From: a virus
Direction: 5' to 3' (one strand)
Length of the DNA stretch: 64,000 bases
Virus record (IMG/VR): IMGVR_UViG_3300028610_001072
Coordinates: 37,524-101,523 of that record
Shown here: piece after piece, positions 48,592 through 57,145 of the stretch
Numbering within the stretch: the first letter of the stretch is position 1
How the letters are laid out: each line of letters starts with the position of its first letter
Position numbers and translations under genes: made by a program
The notes under the pieces: generated by a model
Databases searched by the model: none
The model's input: only the letters and a program-made list of their open reading frames with translations
What the model was told of the DNA's origin: nothing

Positions 48592-49235
48592 TGTCCCGGC
48601 AACATACTGGTATGACCGCCGCAGTCGGGGTCATCACAATATTCGCAAGCGTTGAGATCGATTTCTCTCATCTTGCCAGTGAGATGCAATACTCCGTCAT
48701 CGTCGGGCTTCGCTTCAGCTTCAATCGTTTTGTCCTTACCTGAAGCTAAATCGATACCGTGGAATAGGTCCTTACCGGCTGTGCAGCCTTCGTCGTGATC
48801 AGGCTCTGGTGCGCCGCAAACTATACACGGTGCCTCTTCCAGCACCGCGAGAGCCTTATCCCGATTTGCCCAACAAACTACCGTTTGCTCGGGTAATAGG
48901 ACGAAGGGTAGCACGGTGTCGAACTTCCCGCACTCTTCGCAGAGCTCAAAGTCACTGCCAATATGGCCGCAGTTTTGACATCTGCCCTTACCGGGCCGGG
49001 CGTCATCGATGACCTCTTCAACATAGCGAGCGTGAATCCTTATTCCCTTTTCGCTGATGCTGTAGATAGGCACTGTATTGAATTGATCCCCGAACAGATG
49101 CTCGGTTTCAACTTCAATGATCTTGCCTTGGATTTTGAGTAGAGTCTGTCGGCGTTCCTCGCTGTAGGTCTCATTGCCGCAATTGACATGCCCTACAAAG
49201 AGACTACCGGCATTCTCCGTGATCTTGATTTTCAT
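48588..49235 (-). CDS. Hypothetical Cys-rich (zinc-binding) protein
   Basis: Start moved to ATG 49235 (AGGAG RBS); several CxxC pairs. Confidence 0.6.
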   Translation of the reverse strand: MKIKITENAGSLFVGHVNCGNETYSEERRQTLLKIQGKIIEVETEHLFGDQFNTVPIYSISEKGIRIHARYVEEVIDDARPGKGRCQNCGHIGSDFELCEECGKFDTVLPFVLLPEQTVVCWANRDKALAVLEEAPCIVCGAPEPDHDEGCTAGKDLFHGIDLASGKDKTIEAEAKPDDDGVLHLTGKMREIDLNACEYCDDPDCGGHTSMLPGQ

Positions 49236-49404
49236 GGTTTTACTCCTGTGGTTTAACTGTGATAATCGTGCCAGCCCCAGAAACGATCTGGGGCCAGAAC
49301 CGTTGTGCGCTCTGGATACCAATCTGGCTTGTGTGGTTTGTTGTACGGTCAGGATGACCGCATGGCAGACTCCTATGTTAGTTGCCGGTTTCTTCTCACA
49401 GATA

Positions 49405-49450
49405 CCATACATCCAACCTCTCAGCATCTACAAATGAGACTGTGTGAACG
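49405..49450 (-). promoter_or_regulatory. Conserved promoter-like repeat, copy 5
   Basis: CGTTCACACAGTCTCAT-TTGTAG-N18-TATGGT; extended identity with copy 6. Confidence 0.8.
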
Positions 49451-49458
49451 GCAGTACG

Positions 49459-50217
49459 CTATCCGTAGGTGATTTCCCCCAGTACAGCTAGTTGCAGCCA
49501 TGCGTCGGCAGTGTTGGCATCCCAGTTTTCTGCCAGTAAATCATCCCAGTGATTTGGGCATTGTTTCTTCAGCAGATGGAAGCCCCGCTCGACTTCGGCC
49601 ATTGTCAGTAGATGCTTAGCGGCACCGTCTCCAGTGTCATCAACTTCTCGCAGTTCTATTTTGAAATCATCTCCATAGAATTTGCCATCCGAATACCACG
49701 GCTTTTCCATACCCTCGGTTGATGTAATAGCATCAGCACCTTCCAGCCAATGATTGCTCGCGCCCTCAAAGGCTGTCACAATCAGGTCCGCAATGGTCTG
49801 CGGGCTTTGCGGATCGTACTCCGGGTATTCCGGCGGTTTGATTGGTGCCGGGCCTGAAGACTTTTCCAGTTGAGTATAACTGCCGGTGATCGGTCTTAGG
49901 TTATCTTTCCGGTAACTATCTGGATCAGCGCCGGGTACTCCCCAACCGAACATTGAGCCGATTTCCATAGCCGTGGCCTGAAAAGCATCAACTCCTATTC
50001 GGTGATTGAATTTATCCGGGTCTGCGATAATCCCTTCCATCGGGACGTACCCCAATTCCCCCCGGATGATCAGGGTTGGCTTTCCATCCACATTATTCCG
50101 ATGAGCGCAGAGTGCTGGCAACTTCGTGAGGATGAAGTGATCTATCGACTTATGCTTGGCTACCTCTCTCCTGAGCTGGTCTCGCTCCCGTTCAACTTTT
50201 TCGTATGTCTCGGCCAT
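49459..50217 (-). CDS. Hypothetical two-domain protein
   Basis: AMEIGSMFGWGVPGADP module plus a C-terminal DANTADAWLQLAVLGEITYG module. Confidence 0.65.
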   Translation of the reverse strand: MAETYEKVERERDQLRREVAKHKSIDHFILTKLPALCAHRNNVDGKPTLIIRGELGYVPMEGIIADPDKFNHRIGVDAFQATAMEIGSMFGWGVPGADPDSYRKDNLRPITGSYTQLEKSSGPAPIKPPEYPEYDPQSPQTIADLIVTAFEGASNHWLEGADAITSTEGMEKPWYSDGKFYGDDFKIELREVDDTGDGAAKHLLTMAEVERGFHLLKKQCPNHWDDLLAENWDANTADAWLQLAVLGEITYG

Positions 50218-50219
50218 AA

Positions 50220-50609
50220 TCAGTTTGCCTCTCTGCTGTAGGACGCCCGGCTCCAGCACATTTCAACGAGCTGGGCAAAGCGGCCACGGTTATCATTATC
50301 CAGAAAATCACGGGTCTTCTTCTGGTTCTCTGGTTTAAGCATGTCATGCAATTGGATTAGCAGACTTGCCGTTCCCATGTCAACAATCAATGGCTCAAAC
50401 TTGGTCGGCGTTGTGTGGGCTTCATTGAAGGTCCAATTACCACCTTCGTCGAATTCGCCCTCGTCTGCCCATACTACGGACAGTGAGCACTTATTCTCAG
50501 CCATCGATTTAAAGAGCTCGAAACTGGCAAGGTGGCAATGTGCGATTGCATCCGCCACAGCAGCTTCATGCTCTGGTGATTCGATCTGTGTGTAGTCCAT
50601 GTGATTCAT
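50220..50609 (-). CDS. Hypothetical protein
   Basis: AGGAG RBS; VDMGTASLLIQLHDML. Confidence 0.6.
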   Translation of the reverse strand: MNHMDYTQIESPEHEAAVADAIAHCHLASFELFKSMAENKCSLSVVWADEGEFDEGGNWTFNEAHTTPTKFEPLIVDMGTASLLIQLHDMLKPENQKKTRDFLDNDNRGRFAQLVEMCWSRASYSREAN

Positions 50610-50723
50610 AGGTTATTCTCCTGTGATTGGAGTCCCGCATTTTCGGGATTCCCGTTTTTGATTTCCCGAATTTTCGGGATTTCGTACCGGCAGAGGGAGT
50701 CGAACCGCCTGCCGGTTATCATT

Positions 50724-51116
50724 TCAGCCTTGCAGTCTGCCAGATGCCCGTGCATCCTTCGTCCAGCTTTCGCCGGGTTGCAGAGTCTCTTCCATTAGGA
50801 ATTCGTAAGCCTCTGGGCAGTATTTCCGCAATGTATCCACTGCGATCTGCTGCAACTCCTCGAATGGATATTCCATATCGTGAGTCTCCTCGAATATCTC
50901 CGGGAAGGTCAGAAATGGGATTGCCCATTCACAATCCTCTTCATACCAGCCGCCACGTTTACGCATCTCCGCTGGGACCTGTGCATTAAGCTTTCGGTCC
51001 AACTTGAAGCCGCCATGACCTGCTGTGCTGGCAAAGAGAATTCCGGGGGCCACATTGGATATGATCTGTGACCATCCCCAAGGTGTTCTGATTTGATCGT
51101 ATATCGTTGTTGACAT
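50724..51116 (-). CDS. DUF7007-like protein
   Basis: TPWG...PGILFASTAGHGGFKL...WYEEDCEWA; start moved to ATG 51116. Confidence 0.7.
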   Translation of the reverse strand: MSTTIYDQIRTPWGWSQIISNVAPGILFASTAGHGGFKLDRKLNAQVPAEMRKRGGWYEEDCEWAIPFLTFPEIFEETHDMEYPFEELQQIAVDTLRKYCPEAYEFLMEETLQPGESWTKDARASGRLQG

Positions 51117-51177
51117 TTTGATCTCCTGTGTTAAATCGTGCCAGCCGGAGAATCGAACTCCGGCGGAACCGTTCTGG

Positions 51178-51402
51178 CTATTCTTCTTGAATACCCCCCT
51201 CACCAAGGCATTGGTTCAGTAAATGGAACGCATCCCTGTATTCCACCACCACTTTTTTAGGTGGTCTGTAAATTGAGATTCCCGGCAATTCAGGATCGCC
51301 TTGAGTATCAATCATTTTCTGTACTGCTTTTTTGGTTTTGGCTCGCAAGTGATATGCTGGTCTATCAGCGTTTTGCGTTGCTACCCAATAAATGAGCTTC
51401 AT
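51178..51402 (-). CDS. Hypothetical protein, first gene of the early island
   Basis: Start moved to ATG 51402 (AGGAG RBS), just after promoter copy 6. Confidence 0.6.
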   Translation of the reverse strand: MKLIYWVATQNADRPAYHLRAKTKKAVQKMIDTQGDPELPGISIYRPPKKVVVEYRDAFHLLNQCLGEGGIQEE

Positions 51403-51434
51403 CTGTTCTCCTATGGTTTTCTTCTCACAAATAT

Positions 51435-51479
51435 CATACATCCAACATTTTTTTATCTACAAACGAGACTGAGTGAACG
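51435..51479 (-). promoter_or_regulatory. Conserved promoter-like repeat, copy 6
   Basis: CGTTCACTCAGTCTCGT-TTGTAG-N18-TATGAT. Confidence 0.8.
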
Positions 51480-51545
51480 GCAGTACGCTTTTAGGGGTAC
51501 AAATTGATCTTCTTTCGTAATCGGTGGGTCATTTGTGGGTACATG

Positions 51546-51578
51546 AAAAAGCCCCAGAGATGGGAGGCTCTGGGGCTT
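51546..51578 (-). terminator. Intrinsic terminator after the sigma-like gene
   Basis: AAGCCCCAGAG...CTCTGGGGCTT followed by TTTTT on the minus strand. Confidence 0.8.
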
Positions 51579-51622
51579 GAGGACCTTCCTGCGCTGAAGG
51601 TCCTGTGGTCCGGCTGGAAAAT

Positions 51623-52945
51623 CTACAGGCGGATCGGGATGATCACCCTGATTGACTTCTGCACTAATGCTAGTGCTCGTTTCAAATTTTCTGGCGCACT
51701 GGCATGTTCTAATATCTTTTCGACTCCAGCCTGATAGGTTCGATAGACATCCATCTGGCCGGTGGCTTTTTCCTTGAATGGCGGCGTACCGATGATCCGC
51801 CATTTCTGCCCGCCACGCTCGACAATGAATGACTTCCCTGTCACGTTGACTATTTCAGCACGGATGGGATGCTTATAGCGTTCATTGACATAGGTGGTAT
51901 AGCGTTTCTTTTTAACAGTGCGCCGCCCCCGTTGATCCTTGCCCCGGACAACTCTCGTCACATCCTTGCGAACTTTCTTCATCGGCTTGAACCGGTGGAA
52001 ATCACCTACCGTCTTCCTGACCTTGATTTTTCTAATGCCGCGCTTTTGGTCGAGCAACTTTGCCACAGTCTCGAATGATCGCGGATTCATCCCCCGGCTG
52101 CTTTCCGGCTTATCCACATAGAACCTGAGATACAGGACATCCCGCTCATCCGGGGTCAAGGCTTTCTCTTTTACCAGACTGGTTATTACCCTGTGGGTGG
52201 TCTCCCTGAGTTCCCGCTCCTCAATAGTCCACTTGCTCCAGAAAGCCACATCCTCTTCTTCAATGTGGGGAGTGGTGTCCATGTCATCGGTTAGCTGAGC
52301 GCCTTTGTAACCTTCCAGTGCTTCTATTCGGACAAGTTTTTCTTCCGGGCTTAATTCTACATATTCGCCATCGCGGGTTCGCTTATGCAGGATCACCATG
52401 TCGGCAAGGTCTTCCCGGCTGGGCTTCTCCCCGTTATTGAGCTTCATATATTTTTCAGTGGCACTGGAGATGATTGCCAATTGCCTGATCATATCTCTGG
52501 GGAGCTGGACCCCGCTACCCCGGAGCTTCTTAGCCATGAGCCGCATCCGTTGCTTGGCTCTGGTCTTCATCTGCATAAATTTCAGATCGCCGGTTTTCTT
52601 CGACCTGATTGCTTCCATCCCGCCAATGAGCATTCCCTGCTTGCCCTCAGAGATCAGGTCCGCAACATCTCCCACCGGCTGACCATCGATGAACCTCACA
52701 TCCAGCCCATGCACTCGAGCGATCTCTTTCCCCATGTAAACCAGATAGGCGATATTCTTTTGAATAATCCGCCCCAGTTCCTGCATCTGTGGCATGGTGG
52801 CTTTTAGCCGCATTTTCGGTGTTTTCCGGGCCTGTTTTGGTTTGCCGGTACGAATGTGTGCAGCAACCGGTTTCCCGCTCCTGACGTGCGCCCTGACGTG
52901 CTCAGGCTGGGCTTTTAGGAGTGTGGGGAGTTTAACGCGCTGCAT
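51623..52945 (-). CDS. Sigma-70 family RNA polymerase sigma-factor-like protein with N-terminal basic tag
   Basis: Region 2 DVADLISEGKQGML; VQLPRDM (compare IRIPVHM); region 3 GEKPSREDLADMV; region 4 LTPDERDVLYLRFY...RSFETVAKLL...VYRTYQAGVEKI. Confidence 0.75.
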   Translation of the reverse strand: MQRVKLPTLLKAQPEHVRAHVRSGKPVAAHIRTGKPKQARKTPKMRLKATMPQMQELGRIIQKNIAYLVYMGKEIARVHGLDVRFIDGQPVGDVADLISEGKQGMLIGGMEAIRSKKTGDLKFMQMKTRAKQRMRLMAKKLRGSGVQLPRDMIRQLAIISSATEKYMKLNNGEKPSREDLADMVILHKRTRDGEYVELSPEEKLVRIEALEGYKGAQLTDDMDTTPHIEEEDVAFWSKWTIEERELRETTHRVITSLVKEKALTPDERDVLYLRFYVDKPESSRGMNPRSFETVAKLLDQKRGIRKIKVRKTVGDFHRFKPMKKVRKDVTRVVRGKDQRGRRTVKKKRYTTYVNERYKHPIRAEIVNVTGKSFIVERGGQKWRIIGTPPFKEKATGQMDVYRTYQAGVEKILEHASAPENLKRALALVQKSIRVIIPIRL

Positions 52946-53159
52946 TATTTTTCTTTCTGACCTTCCGTGGCATTTTCACCGCTGGCATTTCCAATTCGGT
53001 CTTGCAATGCGAGCACATGCAAATTACAGCTCCGTTGACCTGATTGATAGTCATCGACTTAACCCGGTAGAACATTCGTTGGGGGTCCTTCGCGTCGGGC
53101 TTGGCAATCTTCAACGTGCAGGTAGGGCATCTACCGTCGGCTGTAAGTTTAACCGCCAT
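52932..53159 (-). CDS. Small zinc-ribbon protein
   Basis: CPTC...CSHC. Confidence 0.6.
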   Translation of the reverse strand: MAVKLTADGRCPTCTLKIAKPDAKDPQRMFYRVKSMTINQVNGAVICMCSHCKTELEMPAVKMPRKVRKKNNAAR

Positions 53160-53451
53160 CCTGCCCTTCATTCTCAATTAATGCAGTATTCAGCTCCGCT
53201 GCATGGTGAAACATCTTCCGCCCACTCACAGCACCGGCGTATTCTTTTTGGAGCTTCTTATTCTCCGGGTTCTTTTCAAGTTGTTTCCCCAGAGTTACCG
53301 CCGCCCGTGCGGTCTGGTCATGTTTGCTGATGGCCTCTCCCCTGAGAGTCTTTAGGTCCTGTATGGCTTCGCTGCGCACTGTATCGCAGGTCTCCATCCG
53401 CTTGAGCAGTTTCGAGGTCATGGTTTTTTGCAGTTTCTCAGGCTTGGACAT
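53149..53451 (-). CDS. Hypothetical helical protein
   Basis: AGGAG RBS; coupled to its neighbours. Confidence 0.55.
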   Translation of the reverse strand: MSKPEKLQKTMTSKLLKRMETCDTVRSEAIQDLKTLRGEAISKHDQTARAAVTLGKQLEKNPENKKLQKEYAGAVSGRKMFHHAAELNTALIENEGQDGG

Positions 53452-56400
53452 GAATTCTCCTATTTATCATAATTCGGGGGGACATCGATTTGGCTACTGG
53501 TTGGGATGCTGCTGCAACTTTCTGCTTCAGGACATTCATATCATCCAACTTCGATCCTTCATGCAGCATATTCATTACCGCTTTCTTTTCGCTTAACCGC
53601 TCCTCGGTAGCCATATCGTGCGGCGTATCGGTTAAGATTATGTGGCCGTGGACATCCTTATTCGCTCCCTTGCGATAGCCGCGACTGAAAAACTGATCCA
53701 TTGTTGACCAGCTGTGAGCACCGGACCCCATCGCTATTGCGGTTGTGGCTCCGTATGGGCGATCCGCTTCCCCAGTGTGCTGGAGATTTAATCCCTCAGT
53801 ACCGGCATCGGTATGGATCGCAAATAATACTTTGGGGTCTTTCAGGTAGGTTTCTTTAGCCTTGGCAATAGCTGCTTGACTTATGGCACGGCCATTCTTA
53901 TCCTGCCCGGCGAATCGCACCATCTTCTTACCCGGGTAGTTCGCCCGGATAAATTTCTCAATCTCATTCACCGTGCTGTAATTTTTCGCATACATCAAGA
54001 CCTTTTCCGTCGCTGCCTTGGTGGCAATATGATCATCGATGATCGATTTCATCTGGGCATATTTAGGATTAGTCTTGTGATCGGAGTCATTCAGAATCCG
54101 GCTGATGTGCTGGTCCCGGCTCATGGGATTGATCCGTCCCTTCAGGTATTTCTTCTGGATTTTCTGATAGTCGGCTTTCTGCTTTGGGGACAGCTCGGCG
54201 GTGTGGGTATTCATATGGAAGTTTGATCCTTCAACCTTTTTCTTTACGGTGAATATCCGGTCATCCAGCTCGGCATTCAGGATGTCTTGTAATTTCTCTT
54301 TCAGACCAGCTCCCTTGTGGAGATTTCGGTACTTCTCCATGAAGGCTTTTTTATTACCATATTTTTCCGGGTCCATGATATTCAGATGGAAATATAGCTC
54401 GCTCAGGTCGTTGGGAGTGGGGGTCCCGGACCCCGTTACATAGTACGGTACTTCCTTGGCGATCTTCGCTAACCCACGGCTCATTTGACTGCCAGTTTCG
54501 GGACCTTTAGTTCCGGCAACATCCCGTTGGGTGATCTTATGCCCCTCATCAGCCACCACCATATCGAAGCCAGCGTCTTTAACCAGATCGTGATCGAAGT
54601 AGAATTTTTCCTTATTCACCAGCACAATATAAGAGGGGTCCGCCTTGTAGGCTTCGGCGCGTTTCGATTTATCGGCGTAATCTACTTGCACCACTTTATA
54701 ATCGGAAAACTTCTCCACTTCCTCAGCGAAATTGGGCATCAACTTTTTAGGCATGGCAATAACTGTTTTCACCGGTTTACCGGTGGTCTCTTCAAGGTGT
54801 GCTTTCTGAAGGAGATACGCCAGCGATTTCCCGGTTCCCGCCTCGAAATTCAAATAGACCTTTTTCTGGAGTCCGATAAATCGGGCGGCGGCCTGTTGCT
54901 CGGGTGTCGGTATGATCTTGGTCATGGTGCCATCGGCATTTTCGATATAGGGCTTGATGCCGGTGGGTAGCCAGTCCTGCTCATTTTCACGGAGACTCTT
55001 AATGCTCTGGGGACTCGGCTCCCTTCCTAGTTCCTTGAATTGAGCCACGACTTTTTCATTGATTAGTTTTTCGTATGCCTTCGCTTTGATGATCATCGTA
55101 TAATCGCCGTGGCCGTGGCGCTCGATGTTGACATCACCCTTATTTAATCCCAGTTTATCGATCTTGGCATTTAATGCCTGTCGATTCGAGCTCTTGATTG
55201 TCAGGTCCTTTTTGTGGCTCTGAAATTGGTACAGGAGCTCGGCGGCCATGTGCAGACCACCTTCGGCTTGACCATACGCGAGGTATGCCCGATTTACATA
55301 AGCCAGCTTGGCGGCTGATCCCTGCTGACGGGTAGCGAATAGCATATCCTTGCCCTTGGCAAATTTCGTGACGTGCTGCGCTCGCTCGAGATACTTATCA
55401 CCTTTATTGACGGCATCGAGGGCAATCTCATTACCCTTGTCCTCAATGTATTTCTGATAGCGGCCAACCGATCCGGCGTAATCCTCTTCCCCTAGAGTAT
55501 TCCGTAGATAGTAGTCTGCCAGTATGGCGGCGTTAGCTGCGCCAAGTTCATTCATAAAGTCTTCATTGATGATACTGGTGCCAGCCATTTCGCCGGTGAT
55601 GCCGTTGATGGCTTCGATTGATCCCTGAGCGATCATCTTATCCATATCCTTCCGCTCAGCACCTTTGCTCTCAATTTCCTTACCATTCTGATCGATCCCG
55701 CCACGGGTGTTGACAATCAGGGTATAGTGAGCGGCAATCTCATCCCGCAATGCTTTCTCATCCTCGACCATCCGCATTAGGTCCGCACTGGTAATATCAG
55801 AGACTCCTACAATGTCTGAGCCAGCGTGTGTTACCATGCCGGTACGGAGCTGCTTATTAATGACCTTCAACTCCCGCTCATGCCCCTTGATGGCATAATG
55901 GGCTTTCAGGAATTCTTCTGCATTCTCCCGGATCACCTGAGCAATACGTTTCTTCTCGGCATCGTGCTGGTCATCGATACCAACCTCATCCCCCAACATG
56001 ACCTTTTTGGCATCCTCGATGATGCTATTCAATGCCCGGCGGCGTTCATTGGCAATCTTGTTGATTTCCTTCAGTCGCTCCCCCCGCTGCTCGGGCTTGG
56101 ACATCTTCTCAATTCTTTTCTCGATGGCCGCCCGTTCCTTGGCAGTGACTTCAGTTTCGACGCCAGCTTTTTCCCGAACCATTTCATGTAGTTTCCCCTT
56201 GGCCTCAGTGCGCTTCGCACCTACCTCTTCCTTGCGAGTTGCGAGTTTTTCAACATCTTCTTCGGCCATCTCTTCCCGGCGTTTCGCACGGGCGTCTTCC
56301 TTCGCCTGTTTGGATTTTTCCCGTGCCAGCTTGGCCTCTTCGGTGTCAGCCTCTTTTTTCTTCGGCTGTAGGATTTTGTGGGTGAGACCTGATTGCTCTG

Positions 56401-57145
56401 GTGCCCAGACTATTGAGGCGGTCCCGTTGGCATGAGGCATTATCAGGATATGGCGGCCATGTAGAGGACTGCTGGCATCCGTGATCGTAACCCAGCGAGC
56501 ACCGGGATGCTGGCGCATGATATTTGCACTCCAGCTCTTTTCCATCTCCTGCGGATTTCCGTGCCGCCCAGCTTTTACCCTGTATTTCTTTTTCGATTTG
56601 GGATGCGTGAGATAGAACTCACCCCCCTTACAAGTATGATCCTTGTGCATCGAATAGTAGCAGCCCTTCCGCATAATCGATGATCCCCGAGCCACCAATA
56701 GAGGGCCGACTTTATTGAGATTGAGGTTTGCTGTTCTGCCCTTTTGTAGATCGGGGACCATTGAGATCGACTTCCCAAAATTCTTTAGTTTCTCCTGATA
56801 GATACCGGCGGCTTTCTTCCAGAATGCCTTATACTCATCCTTGGCCCATTTCGGAGCCATGGCACTGTCATATACTGACCACTGCTGCATCGACTGTTCG
56901 CTACCGTTCATGTGTGGCTTCAGCCAGATAAACGATGATCCCACCATCTTGGCGCTCTGCTGGGCCAGTGCCAATTTCTTCTGCAACTCCTGCTTGGTTT
57001 CACAGGCATTCGCCCATTTGCGGTGAGCACTGATACCGGTATTCATGGCCGCCTGTCGGACCTGTTGCGCTGCCCGGTTATAGGATGATACCCGGATCAT
57101 CAATCCTGATCTCAGCTTACGTGCATGTCCTTTGACTTGACTCAT
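53438..57145 (-). CDS. Large protein with C-terminal SNF2/SWI2-like helicase
   Basis: FEAGTGKS, VADEGHKI, GSGTPTPNDLSELY, DAGTEGLNLQ, DQFFSRGYRKG. Confidence 0.85.
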   Translation of the reverse strand: MSQVKGHARKLRSGLMIRVSSYNRAAQQVRQAAMNTGISAHRKWANACETKQELQKKLALAQQSAKMVGSSFIWLKPHMNGSEQSMQQWSVYDSAMAPKWAKDEYKAFWKKAAGIYQEKLKNFGKSISMVPDLQKGRTANLNLNKVGPLLVARGSSIMRKGCYYSMHKDHTCKGGEFYLTHPKSKKKYRVKAGRHGNPQEMEKSWSANIMRQHPGARWVTITDASSPLHGRHILIMPHANGTASIVWAPEQSGLTHKILQPKKKEADTEEAKLAREKSKQAKEDARAKRREEMAEEDVEKLATRKEEVGAKRTEAKGKLHEMVREKAGVETEVTAKERAAIEKRIEKMSKPEQRGERLKEINKIANERRRALNSIIEDAKKVMLGDEVGIDDQHDAEKKRIAQVIRENAEEFLKAHYAIKGHERELKVINKQLRTGMVTHAGSDIVGVSDITSADLMRMVEDEKALRDEIAAHYTLIVNTRGGIDQNGKEIESKGAERKDMDKMIAQGSIEAINGITGEMAGTSIINEDFMNELGAANAAILADYYLRNTLGEEDYAGSVGRYQKYIEDKGNEIALDAVNKGDKYLERAQHVTKFAKGKDMLFATRQQGSAAKLAYVNRAYLAYGQAEGGLHMAAELLYQFQSHKKDLTIKSSNRQALNAKIDKLGLNKGDVNIERHGHGDYTMIIKAKAYEKLINEKVVAQFKELGREPSPQSIKSLRENEQDWLPTGIKPYIENADGTMTKIIPTPEQQAAARFIGLQKKVYLNFEAGTGKSLAYLLQKAHLEETTGKPVKTVIAMPKKLMPNFAEEVEKFSDYKVVQVDYADKSKRAEAYKADPSYIVLVNKEKFYFDHDLVKDAGFDMVVADEGHKITQRDVAGTKGPETGSQMSRGLAKIAKEVPYYVTGSGTPTPNDLSELYFHLNIMDPEKYGNKKAFMEKYRNLHKGAGLKEKLQDILNAELDDRIFTVKKKVEGSNFHMNTHTAELSPKQKADYQKIQKKYLKGRINPMSRDQHISRILNDSDHKTNPKYAQMKSIIDDHIATKAATEKVLMYAKNYSTVNEIEKFIRANYPGKKMVRFAGQDKNGRAISQAAIAKAKETYLKDPKVLFAIHTDAGTEGLNLQHTGEADRPYGATTAIAMGSGAHSWSTMDQFFSRGYRKGANKDVHGHIILTDTPHDMATEERLSEKKAVMNMLHEGSKLDDMNVLKQKVAAASQPVAKSMSPRIMINRRIHVQA

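Noticed and set aside
50682-51178. tRNA genes suggested by GGTTCGACTCC / GTTCGATTC
   Set aside because: No D-arm or anticodon arm can be built, so they are reported as tRNA-like hairpins instead.
42258-51479. Dispersed 45-bp repeats as a CRISPR array or integron attC sites
   Set aside because: Spacing is 2-2.5 kb with several genes between copies. The repeats are not palindromic, contain -35/-10-like boxes, and no cas or integrase gene is present.
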